A stretch of DNA of 62,104 bases, filler included, from Hausera hauseri (lineage: Eukaryota), in the NCBI GenBank assembly GCA_046269625.1. It is 11 parts of 11 records of this genome, joined end to end, with 100 filler letters (N's around TTAATTAATTAA, not from the genome) between each part and the next. Parts side by side here need not be neighbours in the genome. Positions count along the whole stretch, not along the records: positions 43,507 to 49,489 come from JBJURY010158533.1; positions 49,590 to 62,104 come from JBJURY010032224.1; 9 more parts are not named here. One strand, written 5' to 3'. This document shows positions 46,501 to 57,600 of the stretch, piece by piece. The position numbers and the translations under genes were made by a program. The notes under the pieces were generated by a model. The model made no database searches. It worked only from the letters and a program-made list of their open reading frames with translations, and was not told where the DNA came from. The stretch's first letter is position 1, and every line of letters begins with the position of its first letter.

Positions 46501-49489
46501 AAGGAAAGAAAGCATGAAAGAACGAACGAACGAACGAAGTATAGAACGAAAGAACGAAGGAAAGAAAGAAGAAACGAAAGAACGAACGAAAGAAAGAATG
46601 AACGAACGAATGAATGAACGAAAGAATGAACAAAAAACGAACGAAAGAAAGAAAGAACGAAAGAACGAATGAATGTACGAACGAACGAACGAGCCAAAGA
46701 ATGAAAGAAGGAAAGAACGATCGAATGAACGAACGAATGAAAGCATGAAAGAACGAAAGAAAGAACGAAGGAACGAACGAATGAACGAAAGAACGATCGA
46801 ATGAACGAAAGAAAGAACGAACGAAAGAAGGCAGGAAAGAACGAATGAATGAATGAGGAAACGAAAGAAAGAACGAACGAACGATTGAAATAAAGAAAGA
46901 AAGAAAGAAAGAAAGAACGAAGAAAAGAATGAAGGAACGAAAAAAGGAACAAATGAACGAACAAAAAAGGAACGAAAGAACGAACGAAAGAACGAAGGAA
47001 TGAACGAACGAACGATCGAAAGAGCAATGGAATGAACGAACGAAAGATCGAAAGAAAGATCGAACGAACGAATGAACGAACTATCGAACCAAAGAAGGAA
47101 CGAACGAACGAACGAATGAAAGAACGAATAAACGAACAAATGAAAGAAAGAACTAACGAAGGAAAAAACAAACGAAAGAAGGAACGAAAGAACGAACGAA
47201 AGAACGAAAGATCGAACTAACAAACGAACGAAAGAACGAAGGAAAGAAAGGACGAACGGCGGAATGAACAAAAGAGTGAAAGAAAGAACGAATGAACGAA
47301 CGATCGAACGAACGAACGGACTAACGAAAGAACGAACGAACAAAAGAACGAAAGAAAGATCGAACGAACGAATGAACGAACTATTGAACCAAAGAAGGAA
47401 CGAAGGAACGAACGAACGAACGAACGAACGAATGAAAGAACGAATAACCGAACAAATGAAAGAAAGAACTAACGAATGAAGGAACAAACGAAGGAAGGAA
47501 CGAAAGAACGAAGAAACGAAAGAACGAACGAAAGAATGAATGAACAAACAAATGAACGAAGGAAGGAACGTAAGAAAGAATGAAAGAACGAACGAAAGAA
47601 TGAACAAACGAACGAACGAACGTAAGAAAGCATGAAAGAACGAACGAAAGAATGAACAAACGAACGAACGAACGAACGAAAGGTCGAACAAATGAACGAA
47701 CGAATGAAAGCATGAAAGAAGGAAAGAAGGAACGAATGAAGGAACGAACGAAGGAACGAAGGAATGAACGAACGAACGAACGAACGAAAGAAGGAACGAA
47801 GGAAAGAAGGAACGAACGAACGAAAGAACGAACGAAAGCACGCAAGAAGGACCGAAAGAAGGAACGAAGGAACGAACGAAAGAACGAATGAACGAACGAA
47901 AGAACGAACGAACTAACGAAAGAACGTACGAAAGATCGAATGAACAATGGAATGAACGAACAAAAGAACGAAAGAAAGAACGAAAGAACGAATGACCGAA
48001 TAACGAACCAACGAAAGAAAGAAGGAACGAACGAACGAACGAATGAAAAAAAGAACAAACGAACGAATGAAGGAATAAAAGAACGAACGAAAGAATGAAC
48101 AAAAAGCGAACGAAAGAAAGAAAGAACGAAAGAACGAATGAATGTAGGAACAAACGAACGAGCCAAAGGATGAAACAAGGAACGAACGAACGAACGAAAG
48201 AATGAACGAACGAACGAAGGAAAGAAAGCATTAAAGAACGAACGAACGAAAGAAGCAAGGAACGAAAGAACGAAGGAAAGAAAGTAGAAATGAAAGAACG
48301 AACGAAAGAAAGAAAGCATGAAAGAACGAACGAAAGAAAGAATGAAGGAATAAAAGAACGAACGAAAGAATAAAAAAAAGAACGAACGAACGAATGAACG
48401 AACGTAAAAACGAAGGAACGAACGAACGAACGAAAGAAAGAATGAAAGAACGAATGAACGAACAAACGAACGAATGAATGAACGAAAGAATAAACAAAAA
48501 ACGAACGAAAGAAAGAAAGAACGAAAGAAGGAATGAATGTACGAACGAACGAACAAGCCAAAGAATGAAAGACGGAACGAACGAACGAAAGAACGAACAA
48601 ATGAACGAACGAATGAAGGAAAGAAAGCATGAAAGAACGAACGAACAAACGAAGCAAGGAACGAAAGAACGAACGAAAGAACGATCGAATGAACGCAAGA
48701 AAGAACGAAGAAAAGAATGAAGGAACGAAAAAAGGAACAAATGAACGAACTAAAAAGGAACGAAAGAACGGACGAAAGTACGAAGAAACGAACGAAAGAA
48801 CGAACGAATGAACGAACGAACGAACGTTAGAAAGAAGGAAAGAACGAACGAAAGAATGAACAAACGAACGAACGAACGTACGAATAAACGAACGAACGAA
48901 AAAACGAATGAACGGACGAACGAACAAAGGACGAATGAAAGAACGAATGATGGAACAAATGAACGAATGAATGAAGGAAAGAAAGCATGAAAGAACGAAC
49001 GAACAAACGAAGCAAGGAACGAAAGAACGAACGAAAGAACGAAGAAACGAAAGAACGAACGAAAGAATGAATGAACGAACAAATGAACGAAGTAACGAAC
49101 GTAAGAAAGAATGAAAGAACGAACGAAAGAATGAACAAACGAACGAACGTAAGAACGCATGAAAAAACGAACGAAAGAATGAACAAACGAACGAACGAGA
49201 AAACGAATGAACGAACGAACGAACGAAAGGACGAATGAAAGAACGAATGATGGAACAAATGAATGAATGAACGAACGAAAGAACGAAGGAACAAACGAAC
49301 GAAAGAATGAACGAAAGAATGAACAAAAAACGAACGAACGAAAGAAAGAACGAAAGAACGAACGAAAGAATGAACAAACGAACGAACGAACGAGCCAAAG
49401 AATGAAAGAAGCAAAGAACGATCGAATGAACGAACGAATGAAAGCATGAAAGAACGAAAGAAAGAACGAAGGAACGAACGAATGAACGA
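43507..49489. repeat. Complex (GAAC/GAAT/GAAA/GAAG)n satellite, about 6 kb, with higher-order structure
   Basis: The whole contig is GAAN variants; a 108-bp higher-order unit starts at 43521, 43629 and 43737. Confidence 0.97.
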
Positions 49490-52400
49490 NNNNNNNNNNN
49501 NNNNNNNNNNNNNNNNNNNNNNNNNNNNNNNNNTTAATTAATTAANNNNNNNNNNNNNNNNNNNNNNNNNNNNNNNNNNNNNNNNNNNNTTTCGCACTTA
49601 ATGACCCTTTCTGCGATGTGTAAAGTTGTATTCTTGTTTCTTCCTTGGATAGCTTAACGTTTTTTTATGTTATTACATTTTCCGACTTCAATAACCTTTT
49701 TTCCCCACTTCAATAACCCTTTCTACGATATATCACCCCTCCATTTTTTTGCGTTTTTTAGATAAAAACGTTTCTGAGCGAATACTTTTGTAAGTAAACT
49801 ATCACTCTTATGCTACCCGGCACGTAACTTGCTGATGTCCGGACCTCATGTCCCGTTTTGGTATTGCGACGAATTCGTATTTATAATTATGACTATCAAT
49901 ACATTATATCTTTGACGTCACATTTGTTAACGTTATTTCTATATTATGTGATAACACGCAAATCAATCTCTTTTCCTTCAATAGTTCGTATTGAAAGGAT
50001 TCGAAAATTAATTTCTCTCACTTTTTGTGAATTTCAAGATCCCTCTGTGTGCATGTGCGGCGTTTCCGGCTCGTTTTCAAATTTTCAATTTCCGTCCGTC
50101 CGCATGATAAATATGGAAGGTATGTCTTGGTGGTGGGTTGATAAGATAAGTTCGTTATCGTAATCAACCAGACTGGTGGTTACTTTATCTTGTTGCTAAT
50201 CATTTCATTTAACTAAATATTCGTTTTAGTTACTGGTTCATCTGACCGTACATATGGGTTACCATCCCATCATTATTATTAGAGAAAAAAAAAAAATGGC
50301 TTGCCCCTTCATTCAAGCTGTCAATTATTGTGTTTCTTAAAAAAAAATTGCTGCCCTTGCACACAGTATCCTAATAATGTGTTACTATCTGAAAATGGTA
50401 TTACAGGTAAATTTGCAAAATAAGTCACCAACAAGATCTGTCTATCCGCTATCCATCTGTCATCATACAAAATTGACAAAAAAAAAATTACTGACAATAC
50501 ATACTTTGCTTAATGTTGCATACTCATACATTTACATACATGGTCATACGTATAACATGGTATTGAATACACGTTTACAACATCCAATGTGAATCATATC
50601 AACTATTAAAACCATAATGCATAATAGCACGAAAAACATAAAAAAAAACCTTTGCTACATCATTGTGAAAATAAGCCTTACAACATGTTTGATATGTATT
50701 AATAGAATAATTATTTTTCCTTTCATTCCAACAAACTCATATAGTGTGAAGGCTCAGGAGATTTTCTCTGGTAAGGTTTGGAAGCAAGATGCCTCTGTGC
50801 TGCAAAAATGCAATCGGTCTTGCATGCCACTGCAAGTTCCATGAAAGGATTTCATTCATTATAAAATGGTATGTTCCAATATATATATATATATATTTTC
50901 ATTTCACCTTACTCACTACCCAGAATGAGTGTGTGCATCAATGACATTTCTCCAGGAGTCATTATTTCCCAATCTGTCGGCTTCATGTATCTGGTTAATC
51001 ACCTTATCATGATTAGCCCTAGTATGGCCCACACCATTCTTGACCATCCCACTCAATAGTCTACCATGATTCCAAATCTACATCATATTCTAAAATAAAA
51101 TACATGCAAAACATGAAAATATGTATTTCATCATTAATTATTAATAGATCCACATATGTAATAATACAAGGCATGCCCATAATTTTTCATATTTGCAAAC
51201 ATGTTACAGCAACATGCCCCATAAAATACTCTGGCAACAGTCATATGTACCAAGTACCGAAAATAAAAAAAAAACGCTCTATATCAGACACATCAGTGAC
51301 AATTTACAATGCTTAGGTTCATGGGAGCAATACAATAATACAAAAATTTCCATTCAAAGAAAATCAATTGAGAAAACAAAATTTTCCTTCATTCCAGGGA
51401 AATCCAACTCCCATACTACATTAAAACTCTCCCACACAAACCAGTGTATTTGTTTAATGCACATTTTGAATTCATTCAAGATATCTGTGAGAACATTTAA
51501 AAAAAAACAAATCTTCTCCGAGTTACAATGCCATTATTAAGAGGTATCCCCTCGTGACAAACTTATTAAAACATGGCCATTTTCTTCAGAGTTATTCACT
51601 CTCGAAAAAAAAATATTAATGTGCGCTTACTCTCCAAACCATCATGTTCTCCGTGGACATCATGACATTTTGCCAAGTTTTTCTCTGGGAAGAAAAGTAT
51701 GATGGGTCAAACCCCATTAAGGATGATTATCATCCAAGTGGCTGTTTGCCGACCCATGTCAGTCATAAACATGTCCATTTCATAAATGGTCAGTGTGTTT
51801 CTGCATAACAGGTACTCTCCTGTCTGATTACAATGTCTCCTTAAAATTTCTTCACCATAACAAAATTTTTACATTCAGAACAATCCAGCTGAAGTAAAAA
51901 AAATAATTTCACACAAACAAAAAACAAGTCATCTCATCAAAAAAAATACAAAAAGAAAATGAACACATTCATCATCTTCATAACAAATATGCATATGAAC
52001 ATGTATTGACATGCAAAAAAAAAGTTTCATAGAAGTGAATCATAGAACGTACAATGACTGTAATTATACAGAAAAAAAACTGCAAGTTTCAAGGCACATA
52101 TCGCCATGTCGAAACCATGATCCCTGAATAGAACACAAGGGTTCAAATCTTCAGAGTCTGCTCAGGGTCCTGTAGACCACAACTTCATCTTCATAGTATA
52201 AAATCTTCTGCTACACAATGCACATGCCAAAATGGTCTCCAGACAACCGAGTGTATTCTACAGTCCTGTTCATTCCCCATTGGCTTAAGAAAACACAAAA
52301 TCCTTGTTTGGTCCCTGAAAACAATAAAATATTTCTTTGCTCGCACACCACACCATACCTTTCAAAAGAAATTCCCGTGCGTTTATCAATAAGGTAATAA

Positions 52401-54698
52401 TCTCACCCTAGTTGTAATATTTCAACCCCTCATTCAAAAATAGGTTATTTCAAAGAGGTTACAATGCCACTCAGTCATGACCAAAAAAATTCAACCTTGA
52501 GGTTTGCCAATCAAAAATTCATGGAGAGCTCTCATTACTCTCCAAAAAAAAAAATAATATCCCAAAGATCACTCAATCCCTTCGGTTTACAGGCTGTAAG
52601 CCTTTTATATTCCCCTGGGATATCTTGTCACCCTTCTCATGTTTACCTCTGCTGTTTGCACTCCAGCAGCGGGTCCTATGGGCCTCTCCCTACCAATGAA
52701 AGTGTGGACTCAGATTTTTCATCCCCTGGAACCAAGGTCAGTCTTACATTCCCTTCCCTGACGTTGCTGCCTGTTTTGGAAATATAAAAGATATGTAAAT
52801 GGTCATAATAAAAAAAATCCAATGGTTTTCACACCATTCCATAGGCAACATCTGCCTGCACTCCCCCAATCGGTTTGGTCACACATTCTGAAAGAAATAA
52901 GGTAAAAATGTATATGTGGACCATACATGTGATAGTGTAAACCTTTGAACTGTGTGCCTCCTTAGGTCACACCATTTGTTCCACTGGTAAAAATTATGCA
53001 AAAATATAATTTTGGTAAACATAGCAACACTTTACATTCAACTGTTATAAAAACTGGGCATAGAAAAAAAAAATCAAGCAAATATAGCAATTCACAACTG
53101 TTTATATTACATTCCATTGTTACAAAAATTTGTATATATAATCTGGGCATTATTTTCCTCCCTTAGCATTTGTCTATTCTTCATCTATCATCACTTTCTC
53201 TCCCAGCCAGGGGACCTGATTGCAAAACCAGTCTCTGGACCATGACTAGTCTCCTGCCTCAGTCATGTCTTGGAAGTATGCGTTCCAACTTTCCATTGAC
53301 TTTTCTTCCTCTCAGCTTTGGGCTTATTTTAAAACTGGGGTAAGACTTAACCCTTTATAGCAAAATTATGCAGAGTATTACCACCTCCACCTCTATTTTC
53401 ATGTTGCAGCCTACTTTTGGGGAAAGAAAACAAATATTTGATTAATTCATTGATTACAACCACTCTCCTATGTGCCCACAATTTCCCAGCCAGTTTTCTT
53501 TCTGCATAGTCTGGTCAAGACTTCTGCAAATAGATATAATGAAAATCAGGTATAATACAAAAATGAACAATAACACAGTGCATACCCACATGTCATCCCT
53601 GGCAAAATAAAAGTTACAGTACATGTCATTAAGATTGCCTGGCAATAAAATCATAACCACATTGAAATCAAATGCAATTAACAGACCAAAAAATGCACGG
53701 GTTATATACATGTATACACTTCCATAATTAGAAACCCCCCAAAAATATATAAATATATATATGTTTTTCTTTTCCCAGCCAGGAAACCTGACTTCAAAAC
53801 CAGCATATGAGATTTTGTTAGCCCAATTGCTGTCTAACTTCAGGATCTGTGCCACATGATGCATCATCATCATGCCCTGCAGCATCAACTCTCATGCGTT
53901 CGTCAACAGATGAAGCCTCCCAGGGTGATTGTTGTTTCAATCGACACCTCAAGCAAGGGCCTGGGTTCATTGACATTTGTATGTGTAAGTGTAGTGTGTA
54001 ATTGCACTGAATTGTATGTATGCTACACTGCAAATCCCAATTTTTCCCCGTTTACTTCTCATAAGTATTTCCATCCATATTCTCATGCTGTATAATCCCT
54101 CTATATCCCCTTCAGTCTGTTACCTCTGTTTGCTCAATCATCATGGGAATCTACTTGTCACTATAACTGCTTCATACTATTATTTCTACCTGCAATTTGA
54201 ATGCCTTCATAATATTATCCCTACCAGGATCTTGGGTACATTTATAAGCCCAATTACCTTTTGACGTACCCCATAGGTATTGTCACCTGATAAAATTACC
54301 TGCCCTCTATTGCTGTCTTACTGCTGCTAGTCTGCATGTGGAAACTCTCAACCTGTTCTAGGTGATGCTTTGGCTCTGGTATCTGTCAAAAAGTATTTAT
54401 CATTACCTTCTACATCAGTGCCCATAACTCATCTACCCGTAACTCCTGAATCTAAAAAAATCACTTTAATTCCATTAGTAACAGAAAATTTATAATCACT
54501 GTTCTCCTTGATAAATGAGTTATTCCTAATGACCCATAATCAGAACATGCTTCTGCAAATTTAACTCAATAGTTTATCAGCCCCTTTAAATATACCAGTA
54601 AATCAATTTTCCTCCATCTCCTTTTGTGTTCTTGTTATTTCGCTTAGATTACTTAGTAGACCCAAGATAAGTTAATTGATAGTTTGCCCTGTTTACTC

Positions 54699-57600
54699 TT
54701 ATGCTAACTTTCTCACAAGGATATTCATCGTTTCAAGTGCCTGCATATAAGTCCTATTCGCACGTTCACATTCTGATTCCATCTCTGTGGGTTGCACTCC
54801 TCTTTTATTCTTGGCCCTTGGGGTTTTCCCTTGCACCCCTGCTACTACCTGAACTTCATGCACCTCTTTCATTTGTTGTTTTTCTTTTCTGCATTTTTGC
54901 TTTCCACAAGCAGTGTTACTGTCTCTTTTATGTCTCTTCTCGCCCTCCTTCAGGTTAGTTGCATTTTTGCTCCAGCCTTCATTTTTGACTTGGTTCCCTT
55001 TATTTCTTTTTCTTCTTATAGCTGCTGGTGCTTTAATCTTTGCCTTAGGTTCATCTTCATAATCTGTTTCCTCTCCTTCCTGGTATGCCCTTTTTAGGCT
55101 TTCTCGTCTATTTGTTTCCATATCTCCATCTTCTTCACTGGAAGTGCTATACTCCTCTTTTGATGGATCTGAATTGGCCCTGGGTATCATTTCACTCTGA
55201 CTTCCTGATGGCTGACTGCCATTTTCTGATCCTGCCTCTTCTTCTTCATTAACTTCTTGTTTCGCACCTTGTGCACTTACTGCTTGGGTTTCTTGGTTAA
55301 CCCTTTCCTGTTTCTCTACTGTTCTTAATTTTCTCTCCCTAAGCGGCATATCTGATTCATCTGAGGAGTTGTCCCTCACATTTCTATGACGCTTCAACTG
55401 TCTCTGCTTAGCTGCTTCCAGTCTTCGGCTAGCAGCCAATCTAGTATTACGTGCTGGTGGTCTAGACATTGAATCTGTCGAGTCTGACTCCTGTTCAACT
55501 ACCTCCTCAAAATTACTCTCCTCCGATTCGCTGTCTGATGTGAGCTCTCCCGCAATTTCATTTTCTGCATCCTCCTCTACACCATTTTCTTCTTCTATAC
55601 TTAGGTTGGTACCATCTTCCTTGTCACTTTCTTCATCCTCTGTGTTCACATCTGAGTTGTGCATGGCGTTATTACTTTCTTCAACCTCAGTGTTCACATC
55701 TGTGTTGTGCACAGCTTTGTTACTTTCTTCGACCTCAGTGTTCACGTCTGTGTTGTGCACAGCTCTGTTACTTTCTTCAACCTCAGTGTTAACGTCTGTG
55801 CTGTGCGCAACAGACGGAAATGTCACAGGCATATATCCTCCTGCCACCATTGATTCATCCTCTGTATTAGATCTTACGCTATCTTCATTAGTTGACCTGG
55901 TTCGCTCAGTGTCGGAAGTTGATGGGCTAACTACGTAATTAGCTTTTCGTCTTCTTTTCTCTCCCTCCTTTGGTTTTGGTTCTTCCCAATGATGCTCATC
56001 TCTCCTCAAGTGTTCAATATGGGCTTTGGCTTCCTGGCCTGTCCATTGGTTCTTGATTAGGTAACTTACCCGTCCTAATTTCTTGATAACTACATATCCC
56101 TTTATCCAACGTTTGTCCATTTTTGAACTCCTGCGGTGATTTCTATAGTATACCTTATCCCCTATATCAAATTCTTGCATCACTGCATTTTTATCTGCCC
56201 TCCGTTTTTCTCTTTCGAAGGCCTTTTTCATGTTTCTATGGACCCTTTTATGTACTCGATGCATGTCTTGCAACAGTACTTTGTGGAAATCTTCTCCTGC
56301 ATACTTGATGTGTGGTCGCAGTAGTAAATCCATGGGAAGTACTGCGTCTCTCCCATATAACAGTTCAAATGGTGAGTATTTAGTGCTTCTGTTTTCATTC
56401 ATTCGTATTGCGGCCAATGCCTGATTCAAGTATAGGTCCCAATTCCTTTCATTTTCTTGGATGTAAGTGTAAAGAATTTTATAAATAGTAGAATGTTGCC
56501 GTTCATTACGAGCGTTAGCTTGCGGATGATAGTAAGAGGTCGTAACATGCTTTATATTTAACTGCCGCAAGGTATTTTCGAAGGCTTCGCTGACAAATTC
56601 TCGTCCATTGTCTGAAAGTATTACATTCGGACACGAGAAACGAGGTATATAATCATCCACAAGGATGTTAATTATGGTGTTGCTGGTTTTATCCGGTATA
56701 GCATAAGCTTCCGGCCATGCACTGTAGCAGTCGACTATGTGCAGTATGTATTTGTTCCCAGATAGTGTTAACGGGTGAGGTCCCGAAATATCCATACTTA
56801 TTTTCTGCATAGGATAATCTGGCAAATCAGTTGGTTGTAAGGGAGCTTTAAGAGCTCGCATCTTCTGTAACTTGCATGGTTCGCACCGTTGGACATATTC
56901 ATATATATCTTTGACCATATCCTTCCAGAAATATTTCTTTCTAATTGCTTCATACACCTTATCTCTTCCCATGTGGGCATTCTGATCATGAAACTGTTTC
57001 AGCACCCCTTGCTTCAAGTGCTGTGGGATATACTTTTGCAGCTTTGGATCATCATCATTTGTAATGCGATATACTTCATCATCATCGGCCAAGACGATGA
57101 ATTCCTTCCATTTATTTCTTTTATCCTCAATGCCTGACTTAATATCTCTCTTTATTTTCAATATTTTCTCATCCTTTTCTTGCTCCAATTTCATATCAAA
57201 ATCCAACTGCGGTTCATCTGGTTCTGTTGGCACTGTACTCCCTTCTGTGTCCTGTCCTGGTTGGTATAACTGAGGCTGGTTGGAATTTATTATATTAATT
57301 TGAAATGTCCTGTCATCAATATCGGGTGTGCCTTCTCTATTTTCCTCCATTTCTTCTACATCATGTGGTATCCTAGACAATAGATCTGCGCACGTATTCT
57401 CTGGTCCTGGAATGTATTCTATTTGCGCACTGTAACCTTGTAGGTTTAGTACCCAAGTTTGAATTCTCCTGTTGTGGACATCAGATTTTAACCAATTCTT
57501 TAAAGGCATGTGGTCACATTTAATGGTAAACTCTGCATTATGCAAGTAGAAGTTCAATTTCTGTACAGAGTAGTAAATTGCATATGCTTCCTTCTCTACT

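Noticed and set aside
43451-49449. Many long ORFs (up to 967 aa, FVRS/NERT-rich)
   Set aside because: They are translations of the GAAN satellite and show no coding signal.
4680-49589. Recurrent TTAATTAATTAA motif and ORFs ending in X-run plus LIN
   Set aside because: Artificial concatenation linker; adjacency of features across linkers has no biological meaning.
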